From assembly GCF_052107835.1 (NCBI RefSeq), contig NZ_JBQEDF010000012.1:161-64160 (forward strand): a stretch of 64,000 nucleotides of DNA, read 5' to 3'. Below the pieces are notes generated by a model. The model saw nothing but the letters and a program-made list of their open reading frames with translations. It was not told where the DNA came from and made no database searches. The position numbers and the translations under genes were made by a program. Shown here in pieces: positions 9,301-17,370 of the stretch. How positions within the stretch are numbered: the first letter of the stretch is position 1; the number at the start of each line of letters is the position of its first letter. The stretch is from Corynebacterium sp. Lineage in GTDB: Bacteria > Actinomycetota > Actinomycetes > Mycobacteriales > Mycobacteriaceae.

Positions 9301-12300
9301 GTGTCGACCGCCACCCGGACCCGGGTCGTCCCTTCGGCGGCGTTGTCCGGGATGTCATCCCGCACGATCCCCAGTGACCAGGGCACCCCGGCCGCCGGGT
9401 CGATCAGACTGAGGAGGTCGTCGTCGCCGGTGACCGTGCCGGCGGCCGCGCGCCCGGCGGGCACCGGGGGAACGCGCGGGACGATGAGCCGGGGGCCGTC
9501 CGGTGCGCCGGCGTCGAGCACGGCGCGCAGGACGCCGTGTGCCGCCATCATGGTCGCCGCCGCCTCCGCGAGAACATCACGCAGCTGGTCCGGTGCACCG
9601 TCCACGGAGATCTCGCCGACGAGGGCGGGGCGGGGTGCGTCACGGAAGGACGACGGCAGCGCAACCGTTCCGGAGTGGATGGTGTCAGTGGGTGTGCGGT
9701 CCTCCGCGGTTCCGTCGTCGCGGGTACCGCCCCCGTCCGGCGCCACTGCACCGGCGGAGGATGCGACATGGCGCAGCTCGGTCCCGGTGAGCAGGTCACC
9801 GGCCTGGACAGCCACCCCGTCGCGGCGCAGGCGTCCGGCGACGGTCAGGGCACCGATGCTGTCGCCGCCCAGGGCGATGAAGTCACGGTCCAGGGCCACG
9901 GCCTCCGGACCGGTGCCCAGCACCCCGGCCACGGCGTCCACCAGGGCCCGCTCGGTGTCGGTCAGGTCTGCTGCGGACGGGTCGTCGGCGCTGTCCCGCC
10001 CGTCCTGCTGCGGCCCGTCGTCCTCCGACGCCTGCAGGGCGCGCCGGTCTATCTTGCCGCCGATGGTTAAGGGGAGCCGGTCGTGCACCCGGACGCGTGT
10101 GGGGACCAGGTGGCCGGGAACCCGGTCGGCGAGCGCGGCGCGGACATCGAACGACGGTTCCGTGGCCGCAGCCTCCGGTGACAGGGTCACGTGGGCGATC
10201 AGCTTGAGTGCCCCCGGCGTCCCGAAGGTGCCCACCGCGGCACCGGTGACCTGCGGAAGTCCCTGCAGGGCGGCCTCGACTTCCCCGGGCTCCACGCGGT
10301 GGCCGCGGATCTCCAGCTGGTCGTCCGCACGCCCCAGGAAGTGGTGGGCGCCGCCGCGCGGCCCGGGAACCCAGCGCACCAGGTCCCCGGTCCGGTAGCG
10401 GCGGCTGCCCGCGGACGTGCTGAACACGTCCGCGGTCTGCTCCTCCAGCCCGCGGTAGCCGAGCGCGATCTGCGGCCCGGACAGGTGGAGCTCCCCGGTC
10501 TCGTTGTCCGGAGCGACCTCCCCGTCGACATCGAGGATCTCGGCGGTCATGCCGGGGACGGGGTGTCCGATGATGACCGGGCCGGGGACGACGGCCGCGG
10601 CCAGCGCATCCACCGTCGCCTCCGTCGGGCCGTAGACGTTCCATGCCGCCAGTCCGGGACTGGCGGCGAGCCGGTCCCACAATGACTGCGGAATCGCCTC
10701 ACCACCGAGGATCACGGTGGACACGCCCGCCCCGTCCAGCACGCCGGACTCGATGAGCGCCCCGGCCAGCGAGGGGGTGGCGTCCAGCACGTCGATGCCG
10801 TCGGCGAGCAGTGCGGTGCGCATCAGCCCGGGATCACCGACCGTCCGCGCCGGGTAGAGGTGGACGGTGGCGCCGGTGAAGAGCCAGGACAGCTGGTCGA
10901 GCGCGGCGTCGAAGGAGAAGGACGCGGTGTGGGCCACGTGCAGCTCCCCCTCACACCGTGCTCTGGCCCAGGCGTCCGGGTACAGGGTGGTGCGGTGGCC
11001 GGCGAGCAGCGCCTCGACACTGGACCGGCTGATCTCCACCCCCTTCGGCTGCCCGGTCGTCCCGGAGGTGTACAGCAGGTAGGCCAGGTCGTCCTGAGCT
11101 CCGGTCACGTCGTCGGGGGATACACCGGTCGCGGTGATCCCGTCGGCGTCGAGGACCGCCGTGGCACCGGAGTCGGTGAGGATCCGGTCGCGCCGGGCCT
11201 TCGGGTGCCCGCGGTCGAGGATCACGAAGGCCCGGTGCGCACGCCACACCGCGAGGACGGCGACGGCAAGATCCGTGCCCTTCGGCAGGTCGAGGGCGAT
11301 CACGTCGCCGTCCCCGGAGGACGCGGTGATCCGTCGGGCCGTCCGGGTGATCCGTTGCTGCAGGTCGGTGGCGGGGAGGAACCCGTCGTCGTCGACGAGC
11401 CCGCCGGCGGCGCCGTGGCCGCCGATACCGTCGATGAGCCCGTCGAGACCGGGGACGGTGTCCGGCAGCGGGGCGCCGGCGCGCTCGGCGGACGCGGCGG
11501 CGACGAATGCTGGATCGCGCAGCCGGATGTCCTTCAGCGGGCCGTCGGCGAAGAGCAGCGTCCGGATGTCCCGGAGCCGCTGGGTGGCGGTGTTGGTGTC
11601 CACGCTGTCCGGATCGGTCTCGAAGGCGAGGTCGATGCCTCCGTCCACCGTCGGGGTGACGACGAGGACCAGGTCCTCCGGCGGACCGCCGGCGATGTTG
11701 CGCAGTACCCCGGGTGTGCCGTGGAAGTCGAGGGAGAAGTCGAAGGTCTTCAGGTTCAGGCCGATGCCGTGCAGCACGGCCGGGCCGGCGAGTTCCCCCG
11801 CCAGGTCGCGGACCAGGTCACTGCCGGGGTAGCGCTGGTGGGTGCGGATGTCGTCCAGTGCAGCGTGGGCGGTCCGGGCGACGTCGGGGACCGAGGCGTC
11901 GGCCCGGACGTCGAAACGCAGGGGCTGCATGTTGACCAGCATGGCCGGGGTGCGGCGCAGCGGGCCGGACGTGCGGGCCATCATCGGCATGGCGATCAGG
12001 GCCTCGTCGACGGCGTGGCCCATCTTGCGCAGCCAGGCCCCGTAGGCGCCGAGGACCAGGTCCGACCAGACCAGGCCGTGGGCCTCGGCCCGGTCACGCA
12101 ACCCCGACATCTCCACGGGGTCCATCCGCAGGGTGGTGGTGATGCTTGCGGTCCCCGCACCGTGGACCAGGTCCTCCCGGCCGGTGGTGTCCGGTGCGGG
12201 GGTCATCCGGTCCCTGAAGAACTCCCGGTCGGAGCGGTAGGCGTCGCCGGAGCGGTAGGTGAGGTCGGCGTCCACGATCTCGGCGACGGGGGCGAACCTC

Positions 12301-12839
12301 GGGGGACGCGCTGTCCGCCCTCCGGCGAGTTCCGTGAAGTGCGCGGCTGTACGGCGGGTCAGCAGGGCGGCGCTGTACCCGTCGACGATGAGGTGGTGGT
12401 ACAGCTGTATGCACCACACGGCGCTGCCCAGGTCGAGGATCAGGAAGCGGTGCAGTGGCCCGCCGGTCATGGTGCGCCACCGTTCACCGCACTCCGCCTT
12501 CTCCGCGTCGATGATGGCGGACGCCAGGACGTACGGGTCCGGCACCGTCCCCGGGTCGGAGATGTCGCGGATCTCCGGTCGTGCGGCGGGGGAGGGGTCC
12601 ACGTACTGGGCGGGTTCGCCGTCACCGGTGAAGCGCAGCCGCAGCGTCTCGGACTCGTCCACCGTGCGGCGTACCGCCTCCGCCAGCAGTGCCGTGTCCA
12701 CCGGCGCGAGTTCGAGAACCTCCCCGACCACGTAGTACGGCGAGGTGGGGTCCAGTTTCTGCGCGTTCCAGATCCCCCGTTGGGCGGCGGTCAGCGGCAG
12801 ACGCTGCGGTGGTACCTCGGAGGAGGGGGAGTCGGTCAC
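6315..12839 (-). CDS. Non-ribosomal peptide synthetase, domain order C-A-T-X(degenerate C/E-like)-C-T-TE
   Basis: Residue numbers refer to the 2198-aa ORF opening at TTG 12911. Motifs: HHLIVDGYS (172), LAYLLYTSGTTGQPKG (609), GGKIDRRAL (951), FIALGGDSIG (Ser1018), HHLVTDGWS (1541), FFDIGGHSLL (Ser1908), GYSFGG (Ser2035). There is no A domain between the second C and the second T. GTG 12839, preceded by the SD AAGGA 8 nt upstream, is the more plausible start and leaves a 96-bp divergent promoter gap. Confidence 0.92.
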   Translation of the reverse strand: MTDSPSSEVPPQRLPLTAAQRGIWNAQKLDPTSPYYVVGEVLELAPVDTALLAEAVRRTVDESETLRLRFTGDGEPAQYVDPSPAARPEIRDISDPGTVPDPYVLASAIIDAEKAECGERWRTMTGGPLHRFLILDLGSAVWCIQLYHHLIVDGYSAALLTRRTAAHFTELAGGRTARPPRFAPVAEIVDADLTYRSGDAYRSDREFFRDRMTPAPDTTGREDLVHGAGTASITTTLRMDPVEMSGLRDRAEAHGLVWSDLVLGAYGAWLRKMGHAVDEALIAMPMMARTSGPLRRTPAMLVNMQPLRFDVRADASVPDVARTAHAALDDIRTHQRYPGSDLVRDLAGELAGPAVLHGIGLNLKTFDFSLDFHGTPGVLRNIAGGPPEDLVLVVTPTVDGGIDLAFETDPDSVDTNTATQRLRDIRTLLFADGPLKDIRLRDPAFVAAASAERAGAPLPDTVPGLDGLIDGIGGHGAAGGLVDDDGFLPATDLQQRITRTARRITASSGDGDVIALDLPKGTDLAVAVLAVWRAHRAFVILDRGHPKARRDRILTDSGATAVLDADGITATGVSPDDVTGAQDDLAYLLYTSGTTGQPKGVEISRSSVEALLAGHRTTLYPDAWARARCEGELHVAHTASFSFDAALDQLSWLFTGATVHLYPARTVGDPGLMRTALLADGIDVLDATPSLAGALIESGVLDGAGVSTVILGGEAIPQSLWDRLAASPGLAAWNVYGPTEATVDALAAAVVPGPVIIGHPVPGMTAEILDVDGEVAPDNETGELHLSGPQIALGYRGLEEQTADVFSTSAGSRRYRTGDLVRWVPGPRGGAHHFLGRADDQLEIRGHRVEPGEVEAALQGLPQVTGAAVGTFGTPGALKLIAHVTLSPEAAATEPSFDVRAALADRVPGHLVPTRVRVHDRLPLTIGGKIDRRALQASEDDGPQQDGRDSADDPSAADLTDTERALVDAVAGVLGTGPEAVALDRDFIALGGDSIGALTVAGRLRRDGVAVQAGDLLTGTELRHVASSAGAVAPDGGGTRDDGTAEDRTPTDTIHSGTVALPSSFRDAPRPALVGEISVDGAPDQLRDVLAEAAATMMAAHGVLRAVLDAGAPDGPRLIVPRVPPVPAGRAAAGTVTGDDDLLSLIDPAAGVPWSLGIVRDDIPDNAAEGTTRVRVAVDTAVLDPVAAGDILDGLARALHGEPVTPPDVAGIPDADAIFGDLPTLFTVTPEEIAAAAALLNVDGPVALSDAPGGSRIIPALPAGQGTPAQRARQSLLHAKEHLRSPAGDTVTPPAVTVATGRTAMTLRGGTLPTPLLLVDADAGGFHSTSPDFPAESFTPAFTALAVLARTSPGGASPSDLTHVPDVDQATINAWESVHGPLSDVLPVSPLQEGLLFHAESGGDGYVLAAGIDLRGTVDPGRLRSALLQVLERHPLLRARFDTSTLPSPVQLVPRDVDLPWRTVDLRGLPGDAATSAADDLLRTMAGRRIDLGYGPLVAAELVLLPGSAARLTLGNHHLVTDGWSTPVMVHDLLAVYHGRALPEAAPYADYLDWLGSRDTRADEDAWSARLNGLTGGTLIRGIAPPTDADRDRAGTVTGETLHEVTSGTLTPAALLDRASAAGVTPNTLLQAAWALTLASLTGSRDVVFGTTVSGRPTELPGISNTVGLFINTLPARVTLDPADSLAGLLRTVGRTQAGMTAHESTPLVRIERLAGHGQLFDSLVVHDNFPGVPGEPDGTATDTSPDTITVAGVHADGMTDFPLSVVAPPGPTLRIVLAHRPDLVDARFVDLAHRTLAQVLSTVVADTRISTGALLNSLPGPWEPTDGPTRGDAVPEPDGDTVPGAEPAGDADATATIAEAMATLLGTDTVGAHDNFFDIGGHSLLAMRLLGRLRRAGLEKVTIQDIVETGSPAALAGRLGGGGTRQVLPLAPGAGAPLFCIHPGGGLALPFRGLADRLDTAKGGPGIPVTGLQLPDPLPGVSSLAGLAASYVDVIQQARGHGPYRLLGYSFGGTVAQAMTAELLRRGEQVAYLGIIDAYPAGTGPARPASTDGATPAQLADIAGMPGTSDGDGGTETLRANLEFCDSLLQSASPVDLTGFTGDVQVVTASRAASGTAAPAVWDPVPAWTGALGRTPAHLTLDTTHSGLVTPDGWDRITPFISDALTADLEPLT

Positions 12840-12935
12840 GGGGGGAGTCCTTTCGGAAGGTGTGGAGAGGCTTACTTCATTCCCGGAGGATGGTAGAGTC
12901 CGCACGGTCAATCACGAACGAACACGGAGCAGGGA

Positions 12936-13199
12936 GTGGAGTTGTCGGGAACAGTGGACGGTGTGGATGTGGACGGCACGATGGGGAAACTGACCGCGCG
13001 GGTGGCGGATCTGCTGGGCTGCGGGGTAGGGGACCTCGATCCGGACGAGGAGCTCATGGACCAGGGACTGGACTCCGTCCGGCTCGTGGAGCTCGTGTCC
13101 CTCCTGCGTGCGGAGGGTTTCCACGCGGACTTCGCCGATCTGGCGGAGGAGAGTTCCCTCTCCGCGTGGCGTGAGCTGCTCACCGACCTGGCGTCATAG
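12936..13199 (+). CDS. Free-standing (aryl) carrier protein, phosphopantetheine-binding
   Basis: 87 aa with DQGLDSVRLVELV (a GLDS-type Ser attachment site). GTG 12936 follows the SD GGAG; ATG 12981 is an alternative start. Divergent from the NRPS. Its stop abuts the stop of the convergent A-domain gene. Confidence 0.8.
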   Translation: MELSGTVDGVDVDGTMGKLTARVADLLGCGVGDLDPDEELMDQGLDSVRLVELVSLLRAEGFHADFADLAEESSLSAWRELLTDLAS

Positions 13200-14876
13200 G
13201 CCCGCCACCAGGGCCTTGCGGTCGAGCTTTCCGTTCGGGCTGAACGGGAGGGCGTCGATGACGGTGAACCGGGACGGCACCATGTACTCCGGGACAGTCT
13301 CGGCGAGCCCCGCCGCCAGCTGCGTGGCGTCGGGGGCGGTCGTGTCCTCCGCGACGATGAAGGCCACCAGCTCCGCTGTCCCGTCCGGCCCGTCGACGGC
13401 GACCGTGGCCGCCTGGCGGACCCCGGGGAGTTCGCGCAGCCGGGCCTCGACCTCGCCGAGCTCCACCCGGTTGCCGCGGATCTTCACCTGGTCGCCGATG
13501 CGTCCCAGGAACCGCAGGAGGCGTTCGCCGTTGACCTCGGTCCAGGCGACGATGTCGCCGGTGCGGTACATGCGGCCGCCGTCTGTCCCGGGTTCCGGGG
13601 AGGGGACGAAGACCTCCGCGGTGAGGTCGGGGCGGGCGAAGTAGCCGGTGCCGACCTGTGGTCCGGAGATGCACAGCTCACCGGGGGTGTCCCAGGAGTC
13701 CCCGGCGGGGTCGACCTCGGTCCCGTCCTCCCGGAACACGTACACGCCGACATTGTCCTCCGGCAGCCCCAGGAGGCTGGCGTGGTCGTCGAAGTCGGGG
13801 GAGGTCACGAGGTCGTCGGTGTACTCGACCCAGGTGACGTCCATCGCGGTCTCGGTGGGGCCGTAGAGGCCGTGGACGCGGCAGCCGATCCCCTCACGTG
13901 CACGCTTCACCACGTCACCCGGCACGGCTTCCCCGCCGAGAATCAGGTGGCGGAGAGGCGACAGTGCGGTCAGTGGCGTCCCGAGGTCGTCCAGGACGTC
14001 GAACAGGACGCGGAGCAGGGACGGCACCATGGACAGGACGGTGACGTTGTGCCGGCCGACCATGTCGACCAGGGCATCGACGTCACCTGGCCACCAGTCC
14101 GGCGGAGGCACGACGACGGTGCCGCCGGTGGCGAGCGGGCCCAGCAGTTCGGCCACGCCGACATCGAAACTGACCGGCGCCTTCTGCAGCATGCGGATGC
14201 CCGCGGAACCGGTGGCCGGTGCATCCCCGGCGAGGACACGTCCCATCCACTGGAAGTGCGCGGTGACACCGATGTGCGTGTTCAACGCACCCTTGGGCGT
14301 CCCGGTCGTGCCGGAGGTGTAGATCAGGTAGCAGGGGTCGTCCGGTGTGACGGGACGGGACTGCTCGGCCGCGGTGAAGGGACGGTGCTCCGCGGCAAGG
14401 AACCCACGGCCCAGCGGGGAGTCGTCGGTGACGGTGCCGGTGGGAAGACCGCTCTCCGTGAATCCCCGTGGCAGCGACGCCCCGCCGAGTGCGAACGCGG
14501 CCGCCGGCGCGCAGTCGTCGAGGATGAAGGCGACCCGTTCGGCGGGGTAGGACGCGTCGACCGGGACGTACACCGCACCGGCCCGGATGATGCCGGACGC
14601 GACGACCGGCAGCCAGCCGCACCGGTTGGCCAGGACAACCACCCGGTCACCGGTGCCCACACCAATCGCCCGGAGGTGACGGGCCACCGCGGAGGAACGC
14701 CGGTCGAGGTCCGCGAAGGTCACGGGTCCGCCGTCGCCGGCCACGGCGGGACTGTCGGGGTGTTCCGCGGCGGACCGCAGGAGGAGTTCGTCGAGGGTTG
14801 CCGGCTCGACCGGGGTGGCGGGGCCGAAGCGCAGGTCACCGGCGCGTCCGGCGAACGCCGGGAGTGTGCTTGTCAC
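13194..14876 (-). CDS. Stand-alone NRPS adenylation domain protein (no carrier domain)
   Basis: 560 aa with LIYTSGTTGTPKGA, YGPTETAMDVT, YRTGDIV, KIRGNRVELGEVE and NGKLDRKAL; it ends 10 aa after A10. The GTG start at 14876 gives a GTGA overlap with the upstream monooxygenase stop. The 912-aa ORF-track entry is an out-of-context extension. Confidence 0.88.
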   Translation of the reverse strand: MTSTLPAFAGRAGDLRFGPATPVEPATLDELLLRSAAEHPDSPAVAGDGGPVTFADLDRRSSAVARHLRAIGVGTGDRVVVLANRCGWLPVVASGIIRAGAVYVPVDASYPAERVAFILDDCAPAAAFALGGASLPRGFTESGLPTGTVTDDSPLGRGFLAAEHRPFTAAEQSRPVTPDDPCYLIYTSGTTGTPKGALNTHIGVTAHFQWMGRVLAGDAPATGSAGIRMLQKAPVSFDVGVAELLGPLATGGTVVVPPPDWWPGDVDALVDMVGRHNVTVLSMVPSLLRVLFDVLDDLGTPLTALSPLRHLILGGEAVPGDVVKRAREGIGCRVHGLYGPTETAMDVTWVEYTDDLVTSPDFDDHASLLGLPEDNVGVYVFREDGTEVDPAGDSWDTPGELCISGPQVGTGYFARPDLTAEVFVPSPEPGTDGGRMYRTGDIVAWTEVNGERLLRFLGRIGDQVKIRGNRVELGEVEARLRELPGVRQAATVAVDGPDGTAELVAFIVAEDTTAPDATQLAAGLAETVPEYMVPSRFTVIDALPFSPNGKLDRKALVAGL

Positions 14877-16222
14877 TGGAGGATCCTTTCGTCGGTGGTG
14901 GACGGCTGGCGCAGCGATTCCGGGGCGGGGGCGCACCCGGCCCCGAGCCCGGCGAGGACGCGGTCGGAGAGTTCCCCGAGACAGCTGAGGTTCGCCAGGC
15001 CAGGTCCCTGGCGGAGGCCGGAGAGGGTGGGGAGGAACAACGTCGGGTCCATGCCCTCGAGGGCGAGGTCGGCGCCGATCCCGGCCTCCACGGCCTGGCT
15101 GGTCACCTGACCCGAACAGGCGCTGATCAGCCGGGCGACGGTGCGGTCGTCCATCATGCGGGTGAACCACAGTGGGGAGTTGCCGCGGGCGTCGACGACC
15201 ATGTCGAAGACCTCGGTCCGTCCGTCGTCGGTGTGCACGGCGGCGAGGCCGTTGTGGTCGGTGACGCCGGTGACCCGGCCGCGCAGGTGGTTGACCCGGT
15301 CCTCGCCCTTCAGCCGTGCCTGCACCTGGGCGGAGAAGACACCGCGGTCGCAACAGGCGATGACCTCGCGGCGGTCGGCGTCGTCCAGCGTCGTCCACAG
15401 GGTGGGGTCGGTGTAGAGCCCGTTCTCGAAAGCGCCCTCGGCGCGGGTGAAGATGGTGGCCAGCGGGGAGATCACCGCCAGGTCGACGACGTCGTGGTTG
15501 ACGACCTCCTCCACGATGCTCGCGGCCGTCTCGCCGCCGCCGATCACCGCGACGCGGGAGGCGGTCGGCAGACGTCCCGAGGAGACCGCCTGCCAGAACC
15601 CCGCCACCGAGAACACCGTGGGCAGCGGCGCGATCCGGCGGTCGGAGCGTCCCGGGCCGGTCAGCATCAGCGCGTCGGCCTCGATGCGGGTGGTCGAGCC
15701 GTCGAGACGGCCGACGGTCAGGGACCACCCGTCGGCACCGTCGTCTCCGGCCACCCGCGCGGCGCCCGGGTTGCGCAGACCGATGCGGTTGACCTGGCCG
15801 GGGACCAGATGCATCCCGGTACGGGCCGCGGCCCAACGCAGGTACTCGGCCCACAGGTAGTGGCGGGGACTGGGGTGGTCGTTGTCGACCCACCAGGCGT
15901 AGCGGCCGGTGTCGACCAGGAAGCCCGTCCACCCGGACGCGAGCAGTTCACGGTCGACCGCGCTGTTGGCGTCGGTGCCGGGCGGCCCGGCAATGCGGGT
16001 GCGGTAGGGGAAGCCGACGTCTTTGGTGGGGGACGTGCCGAGTCGGTGCCGGCCGTCGGTCCATCCGCCACCGGACCGCCAGTTCCCGCCGATGCCCTGG
16101 TAGTCGACGACGGTGATGCTGGGGGCGGGCAGGCCGAGGGAACGCAGGGCGGCCGCCTTGGCGTTCACGGCGACCGCCTTGGGCCCGGCGCCGAGGATGA
16201 GGAGAGAGGGGGGAATCTGCAC
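14873..16222 (-). CDS. FAD-dependent amine N-hydroxylase, MbtG / lysine N6-monooxygenase-like
   Basis: 449 aa. The N-terminal LLILGAGPKAVAVNAKAAAL dinucleotide fold and GGNWRSGGGWTDGRHRLGTSPTKDVGFPYRT resemble MbtG-type lysine N-oxygenases as I recall them. Operon context with the A domain. Confidence 0.72.
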   Translation of the reverse strand: MQIPPSLLILGAGPKAVAVNAKAAALRSLGLPAPSITVVDYQGIGGNWRSGGGWTDGRHRLGTSPTKDVGFPYRTRIAGPPGTDANSAVDRELLASGWTGFLVDTGRYAWWVDNDHPSPRHYLWAEYLRWAAARTGMHLVPGQVNRIGLRNPGAARVAGDDGADGWSLTVGRLDGSTTRIEADALMLTGPGRSDRRIAPLPTVFSVAGFWQAVSSGRLPTASRVAVIGGGETAASIVEEVVNHDVVDLAVISPLATIFTRAEGAFENGLYTDPTLWTTLDDADRREVIACCDRGVFSAQVQARLKGEDRVNHLRGRVTGVTDHNGLAAVHTDDGRTEVFDMVVDARGNSPLWFTRMMDDRTVARLISACSGQVTSQAVEAGIGADLALEGMDPTLFLPTLSGLRQGPGLANLSCLGELSDRVLAGLGAGCAPAPESLRQPSTTDERILQ

Positions 16223-16269
16223 GGTGAGGGGTGCTCCTGGTCAGTTGTCCTGTGGTCCACTGGGCAGGC

Positions 16270-16302
16270 TACCCTGATTCGTGACCCCTGATCAAAGGGT
16301 AG
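16270..16302. promoter_or_regulatory. Dyad-symmetry element in the divergent promoter region between the N-hydroxylase and acyltransferase genes
   Basis: CTACCCTGAT-N12-ATCAAAGGGTAG. The overlapping 19-mers at 16259-16277 and 16294-16312 match the DtxR consensus TTAGGTTAGCCTAACCTAA at only 12/19 and 11/19. Confidence 0.3.
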
Positions 16303-16354
16303 GGTGTCTTTAGAATCAAATGTGCAGTACGACCAGTGGGAGAGGACCAAGACT

Positions 16355-17041
16355 GTGACCGAGAACATTGCCGCCGCGCCGATCGACCTGAGCGTCCTGC
16401 ACCGGCTGCGGACCGATGTGGGGCCGGACGGACGACTGCCGGATGCCCCGCCGGTTCCCGCGGTCTACCGGACCCCCGGTGAGGGCATCAGCCTCCGGGT
16501 CGCCGACCCGTCGGAGGACTCGCAGGACCCCGGGAAGGTCGCCGACTGGATGGGCCGTCCGCACCTGGTGGAGACCTGGGAGCAGGACTGGAGCGCGCAG
16601 ACGTGGGCCGCCGACTGGCGGGCGAAACTGTCCACGACCTACTCCCTGCCACTGATCCTGGGCTACGGGGAGGACGAGGTCGGCTACATGGAGATCTACC
16701 GGCCGCACCGCGACGAGATCGGGCTGGTCTACGGCTCCGAGCCGCATGACCTGGGCTTCCATGTGGCGGTCGGGGAGGAGTCGTTGACCGGTCGGGGGAT
16801 CTTCAGCCCATTCCTCGGTGACATGGCCCGGAACCTGCTGGAGGCAGACCCGGACTGCCATCTCGTGCTCGTGGAGCCGTCTTCGACGAACCACCGCGTG
16901 CACCGCGTCCTGCGCCGGGGTGGTGGCGTGGACGCCGGCGAGCGCCAGCAGAGGGCGGACCGGAGGGTCAGGCTGTTCTACTGGGCGGACGGGACGGTCG
17001 ACCCGGCCGACCGCCTGCTCAGTGCTCCTGTTGACGACTGA
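16355..17041 (+). CDS. Siderophore N-acyltransferase, GNAT fold, IucB/MbtK-like
   Basis: DWMGRPHLVETWEQDW...LILGYGEDEVGYMEIYRPHRDEIG...HDLGFHVAVGE is the hydroxylysine/hydroxyornithine acyltransferase signature. GTG 16355 follows the SD GGGAGAGGA. The 17 codons from the ORF-track start 16304 have AT-rich third positions, atypical for this genome. Confidence 0.8.
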   Translation: MTENIAAAPIDLSVLHRLRTDVGPDGRLPDAPPVPAVYRTPGEGISLRVADPSEDSQDPGKVADWMGRPHLVETWEQDWSAQTWAADWRAKLSTTYSLPLILGYGEDEVGYMEIYRPHRDEIGLVYGSEPHDLGFHVAVGEESLTGRGIFSPFLGDMARNLLEADPDCHLVLVEPSSTNHRVHRVLRRGGGVDAGERQQRADRRVRLFYWADGTVDPADRLLSAPVDD

Positions 17042-17079
17042 CCGCGACGAAGTGTAGCGCCCGTGCTACACCGTGCGTC

Positions 17080-17370
17080 ATGAGCGCCCCCGATCCTCAT
17101 GCCCCTGGCATTGAGTCCCTCTCGCAGCGTGAACTGCGCAATGATTCCGGGCGTGTCCTCCGCTCGGTGAATCAGGGGGAGTCCTTCGTCCTGACCAACA
17201 GTGGCGTGCCGGTCGGGAAGATCGTCCCGCTTGATACCCCTGTATCTGGGCTGCGGATCGCACGTCCGGCGAAGCGCCGCGGTGGATGGTCGGCACTGGG
17301 AATCCGCCGGAAGTCCGTCCCGGCGGGTCTGCCGGGTATCCTCGACGATCTCCGGGGCGACCGGCTGTGA
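17080..17370 (+). CDS. Type II antitoxin, Phd/YefM (VapB-like) family
   Basis: 96 aa. ...LSQRELRNDSGRVLRSVNQGESFVLTNSGVPVGKIVPL... is the typical antitoxin N-terminal fold. GTGA overlap with the downstream PIN gene. Confidence 0.7.
   Translation: MSAPDPHAPGIESLSQRELRNDSGRVLRSVNQGESFVLTNSGVPVGKIVPLDTPVSGLRIARPAKRRGGWSALGIRRKSVPAGLPGILDDLRGDRL

Noticed and set aside
12840-12935. DtxR/IdeR iron box in the divergent region between the NRPS and carrier-protein genes
   Set aside because: The best 19-mers match the consensus at fewer than 9/19, so no box is called.
14877-15932. N-terminal 352-aa extension of the ORF-track entry 13194..15932
   Set aside because: It overlaps the well-supported N-hydroxylase gene in another frame and is Arg/Pro-rich nonsense. 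The A-domain homology begins right after GTG 14876, which forms a GTGA coupling with the upstream stop.
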